Assembly: GCA_964397845.1 (NCBI GenBank)
Contig: CAYNKW010000001.1
Coordinates: forward strand, 1-56,932
Direction of reading: 5' to 3'
Origin: an uncultured Anaerolineae bacterium
Lineage (GTDB): Bacteria; Chloroflexota; Anaerolineae; CAYNKW01
DNA length: 56,932 bases
How positions within the stretch are numbered: the first letter of the stretch is position 1; each line of letters begins with the position of its first letter. The position numbers and the translations under genes are program-made. Below, piece after piece: positions 8,682 to 16,781 of this stretch. The notes under the pieces are model-generated. The model had not been told where the DNA came from and ran no database searches. It saw only the letters and a list, made by a program, of their open reading frames with translations.

Positions 8682-8737
8682 TTCTAACGAATTTCTAACG
8701 AAATACTAACCTCCTTCTTACTCTGATGTGTTATAGT
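8682..8737 (+). promoter_or_regulatory. Phased direct-repeat operator plus extended -10 promoter (copy A) upstream of the glycan locus
   Basis: TTCTAAC 8682-8688, TTCTAAC 8693-8699, TACTAAC 8704-8710, TTCTTAC 8715-8721 (exact 11-bp period). After 10 nt comes TGtTATAGT (TG 8729-8730, hexamer 8732-8737). The same architecture recurs at 52153-52208. Confidence 0.45.
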
Positions 8738-8852
8738 TTCTGTGGCTCGCCAGGCGGGCAACCATACCCCACAGGCTTCTGAATCTCGGTTTCGCCCCGC
8801 CCAACCTCGCTTCTGGGCGAACTGGAGACCTTTGCAGTCAAGGAGACAGGCC

Positions 8853-10061
8853 ATGCACGCACTTTCGGTTGTCATACCGGCCTATAACGAGGAAGACGGC
8901 ATTGCCGAAATCGTAGATCGGGTCCTTTCCGTCAAGGAGCCCCTGGCTGAGGTCGGCGTCCTCGAAGTGGAACTCATCGTCGTGGATGACGGCTCGCGTG
9001 ACCGGACGGCCGAGATCGTGGAGGGATACCCGGACGTGCGCCTCATTCGCCATGAGAGCAACAAGGGCTACGGCGCGGCGCTCAAGACCGGCTTCAGCAA
9101 CGCCAAAGGCGATCTCCTGGCTTTCCTGGACGCCGATGGGACCTATCCACCGGAATTCTTCCCTCAGCTCTGCCAGGCGGCCATTGAGCAGGAAGCCGAC
9201 CTCGTCATTGGCTCCCGGATGGCGGGCGAAGAGAGCGAGATGCCGGTGACGCGCCGTGTCGGCAACTTTTTCTTCGCTAACCTCATCAGCCTCATCAGCA
9301 ACCATCGCATCTCTGATAGCTCCAGCGGCATGAGGGTGCTGCGCCGCGAGGCGTTGCCCGCCCTCTATCCACTGCCCGACGGCCTCAACTTTACCCCGGT
9401 GATGAGCACCCGCGCCCTGCATGAAGGGCTAAGGATGGTCGAAGTGCCCATCACCTACAGCGAGCGAGTGGGTCGCTCCAAGCTGAGCGTCGTGCGCGAT
9501 GGCACCCGCTTCCTGAACTCGATCATCTGGACGGCCATGAACTACAACCCTGTCCGCATCCTGGGCGGCGGCGGCGCGGCGGCGGTAGCCCTGGCCGGGA
9601 TCATCGCCGCTGTCCTGGTGATCATGCGCTGGCAAGGGAACACCACCCTCGGGCCGTGGGGGGTCTTTGGTCTCTTTACCGCCGGTGTGGCGCTGGTGGC
9701 GGGCGTGAGCATCTTTTCGCTGGGCGCGACGTTCAACTATCTGGTCTCGCTGTTCCACAAGCGCCCGATTCGCCAGGGGCTGTTTGGCCGGCCGGTGTTC
9801 AAAACCCCGCTGGAGAAAGGCTTTGGCTGGGTGGGGCTACTCGCCCTGGTGGCTGGACTGTCGCTGGGTGCCGTGGCGTTGGTTCTGAGCCTGACCGGCT
9901 GGGACATCTCCCGCCTCTGGTTCTGGATGGTAGCCAGCGCCATGGTTGTGCTGGTAGGTCTGCAATTAGTCATCTCCTGGTTTGTCATGCAGGTCCTTGC
10001 CGAGTTGAGCCAGCGTGAGGCGCTGGTGGAAGGGGACATGAACGGGTATCCAGTAAAGTAA
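8853..10061 (+). CDS. GT2 glycosyltransferase with a C-terminal multi-TM domain (GtrB/DPM1-like polyprenyl-phosphate sugar synthase type)
   Basis: LSVVIPAYNEEDGI, VVDDGSRDRT, LDADGTYPP, and the R-x-G-x-SK motif (RVGRSKLS), followed by about 4 hydrophobic helices. ATG 8853 has AAGGAGA 7 nt upstream. Confidence 0.85.
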   Translation: MHALSVVIPAYNEEDGIAEIVDRVLSVKEPLAEVGVLEVELIVVDDGSRDRTAEIVEGYPDVRLIRHESNKGYGAALKTGFSNAKGDLLAFLDADGTYPPEFFPQLCQAAIEQEADLVIGSRMAGEESEMPVTRRVGNFFFANLISLISNHRISDSSSGMRVLRREALPALYPLPDGLNFTPVMSTRALHEGLRMVEVPITYSERVGRSKLSVVRDGTRFLNSIIWTAMNYNPVRILGGGGAAAVALAGIIAAVLVIMRWQGNTTLGPWGVFGLFTAGVALVAGVSIFSLGATFNYLVSLFHKRPIRQGLFGRPVFKTPLEKGFGWVGLLALVAGLSLGAVALVLSLTGWDISRLWFWMVASAMVVLVGLQLVISWFVMQVLAELSQREALVEGDMNGYPVK

Positions 10062-10149
10062 TTGCGAATTGCGGTTTATATTCGGACAAGGATCGTCATT
10101 GAGAACAAGGGAACAAAGTGAACTGAACAGTTTTGAGGAGAATTTTTGA

Positions 10150-11787
10150 GTGTCCAACGATTCGGTCAAACATAACCGCGGGGTCCGGACGATCAGAAAG
10201 CTGCCCCAACCCAACTTTCCTGGCGCCGACGCGGCCCTGCGCCGCATCGCCCCTCAGCGCGGGCCCGAGGCCGTGGACATTTTGCTGGTCAATCCCCCGG
10301 CGCCTGACCGTGCCATCTGGATCCGGTCGCAGCACCGGGTGGGTCGTCGTTCGCGGGAGAACATGATCTGGCCGCAGTGTTCGCTGGCCCAGTTTGCCGC
10401 CCTGCTGATATCAGATTATAATAGAGTAGAGATCGTGGACGCCATCGCCACCCGCATGACGTGGCAAGAGTTCCACGATCTGCTGCGCCGCAAGCAGCCG
10501 CGCTACTACCTCACTCAGGTCACGGCGCCGACGCTGACCAACGACATGTATGGTGTCTTTCTGGCCAAGAGCCTGGGGGCCAGGACCATCGCCTTCGGCA
10601 CCCACGTGACGCCCATCCCGGGGCGAACGATGGAGGCTTTTCCCAGCCTCGATTTCGTCCTGCGGGGTGAGCCAGAGTTGACCTTGCGAGAACTGATTGA
10701 CTCGCTGGAAGGGCGCCAGTTGGAGGATGTGCAGCTTGTCAAGCTCTTCCGCGATACGGACCCCGGGTGGCGACCGCTGTCGGCCTCGGAAGCCCGCGAG
10801 CGGGAAGACCTGAGCCACGTCAAGGGGCTCGTCTGGCGGCGCGATGGGCAGGTTACTTTCAACGCCGATCGGCCCTTCATCGCCAACCTGGACGGCCTGC
10901 CGTTGCCCCGGCACGACATGCTGCCCCTGGAGGCCTATCGCATCCCGATGCTCAAGGGGCCGTACAGCTTTATCGTCACCAGCCGGGGGTGCACTGGCGG
11001 CTGCCGCTTCTGCATCAAGCACGTCAGCTATCAATACTCTATTCGCCTGCGCTCGCCGGAGAACATCGTGGCAGAGATCGAGATGCTGTGCGACCTGGGC
11101 GTGCGCAACATTCACATGTATGCCGACTCGTTCACGGTGAGCCGTGACCAGGTAATGGGGCTGTGCAGGCTGATCATCGAGTCGGGAATAGAGATCAGAT
11201 GGACCTGCAACAGCCGCGTGGATTACGTGGACGAGGAGATGCTGCAAACCATGGCCAGGGCCGGCTGTTGGACGATTTCGTGGGGCATCGAGTCGGGCAA
11301 TGAGCAGATTCTCCGGCGGGTACGCAAGGGCACCGACCCGCAGAAGGTGGCGCGGGCGCTGGCCTGGAGCAAAAGGGCCGGCATCCGCAACTGGGGTTAT
11401 TTTATCATCGGCCTGCCCGGCGAGACGGAAGAGACGATTCAAGAGACGATCGCCTTTTCCAAGAAGCTGCCTTTGGACCTGGCCCTGTTCCACATTGCTG
11501 CACCCTATCCCGGCACGCCCTTCTTCTTTGAGGTAGTGGAGAACAACTGGTTCCGGCCCGGCACGCAGTGGGAAGAGATAGACATGGATCGTTCCACTGT
11601 GCTGGACTATCCAGGACTGCCGGCCGAACGGTTGGAATACTGGCAGCGGCGCGCCTTCCGCGAGTGGGCCATGCGCCCTGGCCCCATCCTGACTTATCTG
11701 AAGAGCGCCAACAGCCTGGGCGCGTTGCGCTCGTTCTTTGAGATCGGTTGGCAGACCCTTTCGTGGATCCTGGGGTTTGCTCATTAA
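10150..11787 (+). CDS. B12-binding-domain radical SAM protein (COG1032/class-B-like)
   Basis: N-terminal DILLVNPPAP Rossmann-like cobalamin-domain pattern. CxxxCxxC cluster SRGCTGGCRFC. GTG start with GAGGAG upstream. Confidence 0.85.
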   Translation: MSNDSVKHNRGVRTIRKLPQPNFPGADAALRRIAPQRGPEAVDILLVNPPAPDRAIWIRSQHRVGRRSRENMIWPQCSLAQFAALLISDYNRVEIVDAIATRMTWQEFHDLLRRKQPRYYLTQVTAPTLTNDMYGVFLAKSLGARTIAFGTHVTPIPGRTMEAFPSLDFVLRGEPELTLRELIDSLEGRQLEDVQLVKLFRDTDPGWRPLSASEAREREDLSHVKGLVWRRDGQVTFNADRPFIANLDGLPLPRHDMLPLEAYRIPMLKGPYSFIVTSRGCTGGCRFCIKHVSYQYSIRLRSPENIVAEIEMLCDLGVRNIHMYADSFTVSRDQVMGLCRLIIESGIEIRWTCNSRVDYVDEEMLQTMARAGCWTISWGIESGNEQILRRVRKGTDPQKVARALAWSKRAGIRNWGYFIIGLPGETEETIQETIAFSKKLPLDLALFHIAAPYPGTPFFFEVVENNWFRPGTQWEEIDMDRSTVLDYPGLPAERLEYWQRRAFREWAMRPGPILTYLKSANSLGALRSFFEIGWQTLSWILGFAH

Positions 11788-11802
11788 CAGGGGGGGAGTT
11801 TT

Positions 11803-13719
11803 ATGGAATTCGATCTTCGCCAATACGTGCGTCTGGCCCTAAAGTGGTGGTGGCTGCTCGCTATCGGGGCAATCGTCCCGGCGGTGGTGAGCTATCGTTT
11901 TACATCCCAGGAGAAACCTCTCTATCAAGCCAAGGTTGTCCTGATGGTCGGCACGACGCTGCAGAGTACGGACCCAGATGCCGGCGAAATCGGTATTGCC
12001 GAGCGGCTGGCGCGGGGCTATGCTGCAATGGTACGTTACCGCCCCGTGACGAACGAGGTGATCGGCAAACTGGGATTGAGACAATCACCGGAGCGGCTAG
12101 CGGAACAGATCGTCGCCTGGGTGCGGCCCGAGGCCAACCTGCTGGAGATCTGGGTGACTGACGCTAACCCGCGAGCGGCCGCCCTCATCGCCAACGCGCT
12201 GGCCGGCGAATTGATCCGGCAAAGTCCGGCCTCTCAGTCCGCGGGCGATCAGCAACGGTTCATCAAAGAGCAGTTGAGCGATTTGAGAGCCAAAATCGAA
12301 CAGGTAGAGCAGGGGATCGAAGAGCAGTCAGCCGCGCTGCTCAACCTCACTTCGGCAGCAGAGATCCAGGCAGCCCAGGAGTACATAGCCAGCCAGGAGG
12401 CCATTGCTTCTCGTTATCGCTCCGAGTATGCACTGTACCTGCAATCCTACACAGATAGCTCGGTGAACCAACTGGCCATTGTAGAGCCAGCGGTGGAGCC
12501 GGAATATCCCATGGGCAGCAAGGGCAAGCTGATTTTGGCGGTAGCTGGGGCGGCCGGCTTAGTTTTGGCCCTGGGGGCGGTCTTTGTCATGGAGTACCTG
12601 GATGACACAGTACGGTGGGAAGGTGAGCGGAACGATAAGCTGATGGGCCTGCCAGTGTTGGGTGCAGTGGCGCGCATGCCTAACAGCAAAGGCGCGATTA
12701 TGGCGCGGGGTACAGAACGCTCGCCAGAGTCAGAGGCCATTCGTAACCTGAGAACCAACTTGTTTCTGTCTCGCCGCCGCGAATCCTACCGCTCCGTCTT
12801 GATCACGAGTTCAGGCAACCGGGAGGGAAAGAGCTTTGTCACCACCAACCTGGCGGTATCGTTTGCCGCGGCCGGCCTGAGAACCATCCTTGTGGATGGC
12901 GACATGCGCAGACCAACGCAACACGCCATCTTTGACCTGCCAAACTTCTTTGGTCTGGCGGATCTCCTGAACCGGAGCACGTCTCCCGAGGAAGTGGTGT
13001 CGGGCAAAGGTCTACAGTCCACAGGGGTTCCCAACCTCTCGTTGCTGTCGGCGGGCAAGCTTCCCCCGGATCCGGCCATCCTGCTCAGCTTGCCTAATCT
13101 ACCACTGTTGATGCAGGCACTGGGGGAACGGGCCGATATTATCCTGGTAGATAGCCCACCGGTGCTGTCTGTGCCCGATACCGCCCTGCTGGCCTCGGAA
13201 TGTGGTGCTACACTCCTTGTGGTGAGCAATGGAGTGACCTCCCGCGCCGGGCTTAACAAGGCAAAGAAGGAATTGCTGCAACATAAAATCAGCCTGTTAG
13301 GAGTGGCATTTAACAACGTCAAGTTACGGGGAGGATCGTATCACTCCTATTACGGCTACGGGACATCCGATCGTCGCTCGCTACTGACCAGATTGTGGGC
13401 CCGCCTGTCCGTCTTTGGAACGGACGACCGTGCCATTGACGATCCAGATCGCCTCCTGGGTTTGACAGAGATGGCCGCATATCTGGGCATTGAGCCACCC
13501 ACCGCCCGCCGGTGGTGCAAGGACGGGCGTATTCCTGCCCTCAAGAGGAACCTACGTTGGTACGTGCGTCAGGGCGACTTGCAGGCCATGGTCATGCGCC
13601 GGTTGTTAGGACAGCCCGGGGGCGAGTCCCCGGCAGGAGCTTTTGCCGCAGGGCCTGCTCCGACAGGAGCCGTAGGCGCGCTTGAACCGACATTTTCAGA
13701 CCCGGAACACAGAAACTAG
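11803..13719 (+). CDS. Wzz-type chain-length determinant fused to a BY tyrosine kinase and a C-terminal excisionase/MerR-type HTH
   Basis: N-terminal TM plus coiled periplasmic region plus a second TM. Walker A SSGNREGKSF, Walker A' ILVDGDMRRP, Walker B IILVDSPPV, Tyr cluster GGSYHSYYGYG. Then LTEMAAYLGIEPPTARRWCKDGRIPALKRNLRWYVRQGDL. Confidence 0.85.
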   Translation: MEFDLRQYVRLALKWWWLLAIGAIVPAVVSYRFTSQEKPLYQAKVVLMVGTTLQSTDPDAGEIGIAERLARGYAAMVRYRPVTNEVIGKLGLRQSPERLAEQIVAWVRPEANLLEIWVTDANPRAAALIANALAGELIRQSPASQSAGDQQRFIKEQLSDLRAKIEQVEQGIEEQSAALLNLTSAAEIQAAQEYIASQEAIASRYRSEYALYLQSYTDSSVNQLAIVEPAVEPEYPMGSKGKLILAVAGAAGLVLALGAVFVMEYLDDTVRWEGERNDKLMGLPVLGAVARMPNSKGAIMARGTERSPESEAIRNLRTNLFLSRRRESYRSVLITSSGNREGKSFVTTNLAVSFAAAGLRTILVDGDMRRPTQHAIFDLPNFFGLADLLNRSTSPEEVVSGKGLQSTGVPNLSLLSAGKLPPDPAILLSLPNLPLLMQALGERADIILVDSPPVLSVPDTALLASECGATLLVVSNGVTSRAGLNKAKKELLQHKISLLGVAFNNVKLRGGSYHSYYGYGTSDRRSLLTRLWARLSVFGTDDRAIDDPDRLLGLTEMAAYLGIEPPTARRWCKDGRIPALKRNLRWYVRQGDLQAMVMRRLLGQPGGESPAGAFAAGPAPTGAVGALEPTFSDPEHRN

Positions 13720-13730
13720 CCAGGTTTTCC

Positions 13731-15557
13731 ATGAAGCTGGATTTAAGCCGTTCTAACAACAGCTTGTCTATTCTGCAACCAGCGTGGGTTTTTGAACCAC
13801 TGTGGGTTGTTGCCGCGCTGTTCATCTTTTCCGCAGACCCAAAGCGGGGTGTCTGGGTTGTAGCAGGTCTGGCATTGCTCGTCCTTTCTTTTTTGCAACG
13901 CTGGGCCGTGACGGGACGCCCCAGCCGGCCCACGGCCTTTGACGTGCCCTGGGCGCTCTTGCTGGCTGGGGCCATCGTAAGCCTGTGGGCGTCGTACGAC
14001 GCGAGCTTGAGCCTGCCGATATTGCTAACCCTGGCCGGGAGCGCTGCTCTCTACTATGCCGTTGCCAACGCTCACAAGCCGACGGCACTGGCACAAGCCG
14101 CTCTGCTGGCCGGGTTGGCGGTGGCGGTCTATTTTCTCACCCAGTATGAGCACATCCCGCACGCGGACAAAAGCGGTCTTATCTCGTCTCTTGGCAGTGT
14201 TACCTCTGGGCTGTTTCCCCGTCTGGGTTCGTGGCAGCCATTTCCTAACGGCGTGGCCACGCTGCTGGAAGGGTTGATTCCCTTGGGTATAGCACTGACC
14301 GTTACGGGCCGTTCGTTGGGTTGGCGTGTGTCCAGCGGCACGGCCACTGGCATCATGGGGCTGGCGGTGTTGGTTGCAGCCTCGCGCGGGGCGTGGGTCG
14401 CCTTGCTCGTCGCCGGTGCGCTTTGGCTGGCCAGCCGCCGGCGTTGGGGCGTCATTATGTTGAGTGGGGCGGCTATCATTGCCCTCGTAGTTCTGGGCGG
14501 CTACCTTGCCCTGGTTGAGGGCGCAACACTGGCTGGCATCCCGGTCGCCGGCCCTGTGCTGTATCAACTCTTTGCCCGGCCCGATCGCCTGGAGGTCTAT
14601 CAAGGTTCCCTCCGTTTGATCCAGGATTTCCCGCTCACGGGCATTGGCCTGGGCGAGGTCTTTGCGCTGGTGTATTCCAAATACGTTCTGCTGATCCCTC
14701 ACGCTTTCCTGAGCTACTCGCACAATCTGTACCTCACGGTCTGGTTGGAGCATGGGTTGTTGGGGGTCCTCGGGATGGGCTGGCTGGTGGTGGCTTTTGG
14801 CTGTCTTGTCGTCCGGGAGAGGCGGAAAGGACACCCAACCCCATTGTTCCAGGCTGCCTGGACAGGAGTAGTGGCTATCCTTGTCCACGGACTGTTTGAC
14901 GCCCGGCAGTACGTGGATTTGTGGACCATGTGGCCGCTGTTCGTACTGCTGGGTCTGGCCGTGTCAAGCAGCACGATCAGGGCTCCAAAAAGGACGCGGA
15001 AGGCAGCGCCTTCGCGGCAGTGGAAGTGGGTGGCACTGGCCCTCCTGGCCGTGGGCTGTATCGTAGTGTGGCGCCCGCTGGCTGCGGTGACTTGTGCTAA
15101 CCTGGGGACCGTGAAACAGGCCAAAGCCGAACTCGCAGCTCTGCCTGATGATGTGAAAGACTCTCACCTTCGAGCCGCGATTGCCAATTATGAGCGCGCC
15201 CTGCAACTGGCGCCAAACAACCGGACGGCTAGCCTTCGGCTGGGCAACCTGGCTGTGGCCGGCGGCCGATACGAAGAAGGAGTGGCGCATCTGGAAGTTG
15301 CGTGGCGGGCAGCGCCGGAGGATCCGACGACCCGCAAAGCCCTGGGGCTGGCCTATACGTGGGTGAGCGAGGTAGACCGCGCTGCGGAGTTGCTCAAGGA
15401 TACCAGGGACATCGTGGCCGAGTTGAATACCTGGGGGTGGTGGCACGGTCAGGAGGGGCGACAACAAGTGGCCATGAACGCCTATCGAACGTCGCTGGCG
15501 CTAAAGCCTGATCAACCCCAGGTGCGGAGCCTGCTGACCACCTTAGAAAGCAAGTAG
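13731..15557 (+). CDS. O-antigen ligase/polymerase (Wzy_C) family membrane protein with C-terminal TPR repeats
   Basis: More than 10 TM helices. Wzy_C signature PLTGIGLGE...SYSHNLYLTVWLEHGLLG. C-terminal TPR-like ANYERALQLAPNN...GRYEEGVAHLEVAW. Confidence 0.8.
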   Translation: MKLDLSRSNNSLSILQPAWVFEPLWVVAALFIFSADPKRGVWVVAGLALLVLSFLQRWAVTGRPSRPTAFDVPWALLLAGAIVSLWASYDASLSLPILLTLAGSAALYYAVANAHKPTALAQAALLAGLAVAVYFLTQYEHIPHADKSGLISSLGSVTSGLFPRLGSWQPFPNGVATLLEGLIPLGIALTVTGRSLGWRVSSGTATGIMGLAVLVAASRGAWVALLVAGALWLASRRRWGVIMLSGAAIIALVVLGGYLALVEGATLAGIPVAGPVLYQLFARPDRLEVYQGSLRLIQDFPLTGIGLGEVFALVYSKYVLLIPHAFLSYSHNLYLTVWLEHGLLGVLGMGWLVVAFGCLVVRERRKGHPTPLFQAAWTGVVAILVHGLFDARQYVDLWTMWPLFVLLGLAVSSSTIRAPKRTRKAAPSRQWKWVALALLAVGCIVVWRPLAAVTCANLGTVKQAKAELAALPDDVKDSHLRAAIANYERALQLAPNNRTASLRLGNLAVAGGRYEEGVAHLEVAWRAAPEDPTTRKALGLAYTWVSEVDRAAELLKDTRDIVAELNTWGWWHGQEGRQQVAMNAYRTSLALKPDQPQVRSLLTTLESK

Positions 15558-15665
15558 GGTCGTTCAATTTTCGGCCTGAGAACGAACGAGCACCGGTTGA
15601 GTAGCCGAACGAGTGACAAACGTTGGCGGCTTTTCAAGCTGGGGCTCAGAAGAGGATAGAGCGGT

Positions 15666-16661
15666 ATGATCATCTCACGAACACCTCTACGCATCAGTTT
15701 TGCCGGCGGGGGCAGCGACCTGCCAGCCTATTATAGACAGGAGCCGGGTGCAGTAGTGAGCACGGCTATAGACAAATACATCTATATCACCGTCAACCCC
15801 AAATTCGATGAGCAGATACGAGCCAGCTACTCGCGGACGGAAATGGTGAATAGTGTTGACGAGTTGCGGCACGAGTTGATCCGCGAAACGCTCAAGATGA
15901 TTCGGCTTAACAAAGGCATCGAGATCACGTCCATTTCGGACATCCCCTCGCGAGGAACGGGACTGGGTTCGTCGAGTACCTATACCGTGGGCTTGCTCAA
16001 TGCTTTGTACGCTCACCGGAACTATTTCGCTGGAGCGGAGCGGCTGGCTCGAGAAGCGTGCACCATCGAGATCGAGCGATGTAGCAAGCCCATCGGCAAG
16101 CAGGATCAGTACATCGCTGCCTATGGTGGACTGCAATTCATTCGTTTTAACCCCGACGAGAGCGTGTTCGTGGACCCCGTGGTCTGTGCCCCGGAGACCC
16201 GGCAACGGTTGCAGGAGGGGCTGTTGATGCTCTACACCGGCCTGGTCCGCAGCGCCGATGAGATTTTGAGCGAGCAATCGCACAATACTCGAACCGACGA
16301 GGAGAAACGGGCTGGTCTGTGCCGGATGGTCGGCCTGGCCGGACAAATGCGCGAGGCGCTGTTGCGCAACGACCTGGGTGGGTTCGGCGAGGTAATGCAC
16401 GCCGGCTGGATGGAGAAGCGCAAGCTGGCCAGTGGGATCAGCAAGCCATGCATTGACGAGTGGTACGAGCGAGCCAGGGTACACGGGGCCATTGGCGGCA
16501 AGATATTGGGCGCGGGCGGGGGTGGATTCCTGCTTCTCTACGCGCCGCCGGAGCGGCACGCCGAGATCTGCGAAGTGCTGCCAGAGCTGCGCCCCATAGA
16601 TTTCCGTTTCAGTCCCCAGGGGAGTAAGCTCATCTATGTGGAAGAAAACGGTTATGGATAG
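15666..16661 (+). CDS. GHMP-family sugar kinase (HddA/COG2605-like)
   Basis: MIISRTPLRISFAGGGSDLPAYY N-terminus. GHMP motif PSRGTGLGSSST. C-terminal GAGGGGFLLLY. Confidence 0.85.
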   Translation: MIISRTPLRISFAGGGSDLPAYYRQEPGAVVSTAIDKYIYITVNPKFDEQIRASYSRTEMVNSVDELRHELIRETLKMIRLNKGIEITSISDIPSRGTGLGSSSTYTVGLLNALYAHRNYFAGAERLAREACTIEIERCSKPIGKQDQYIAAYGGLQFIRFNPDESVFVDPVVCAPETRQRLQEGLLMLYTGLVRSADEILSEQSHNTRTDEEKRAGLCRMVGLAGQMREALLRNDLGGFGEVMHAGWMEKRKLASGISKPCIDEWYERARVHGAIGGKILGAGGGGFLLLYAPPERHAEICEVLPELRPIDFRFSPQGSKLIYVEENGYG

Positions 16662-16781
16662 AGTACCGCATCTGACGATAAAGACTTGGTGGACCAGATC
16701 AAAGTGACTCAAGACGCTGTAGCAACAACCTCCTCCCAACCCAGCAACCTGCCCCAGCACCAGGCCCGCAAACGGAGCGTC

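Noticed and set aside
7486-8709. 407-aa + strand ORF
   Set aside because: It lies exactly antisense to the URO-D-family gene (7543..8586, -), which has a sensible protein-like sequence. The + frame translation is low-complexity and Arg/Gly/His-rich with no motifs, as expected for a shadow ORF in high-GC DNA.
8705-8720. AAGGAGGT on the - strand within promoter copy A, as a possible Shine-Dalgarno for the long (8682) start of the URO-D-family ORF
   Set aside because: It lies about 27 nt from that ATG, which is too far. The same ACCTCC element occurs in copy B (52180-52185), where no - strand gene follows. It is better explained as part of the + strand repeat element.
10411-11823. 470-aa - strand ORF
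   Set aside because: It is antisense to the B12-radical SAM gene, whose CxxxCxxC motif and domain order are clear. It is a shadow ORF.
15687-16760. 357-aa - strand ORF
   Set aside because: It is antisense to the GHMP kinase gene, which has the GHMP motif PSRGTGLGSSST. It is a shadow ORF.
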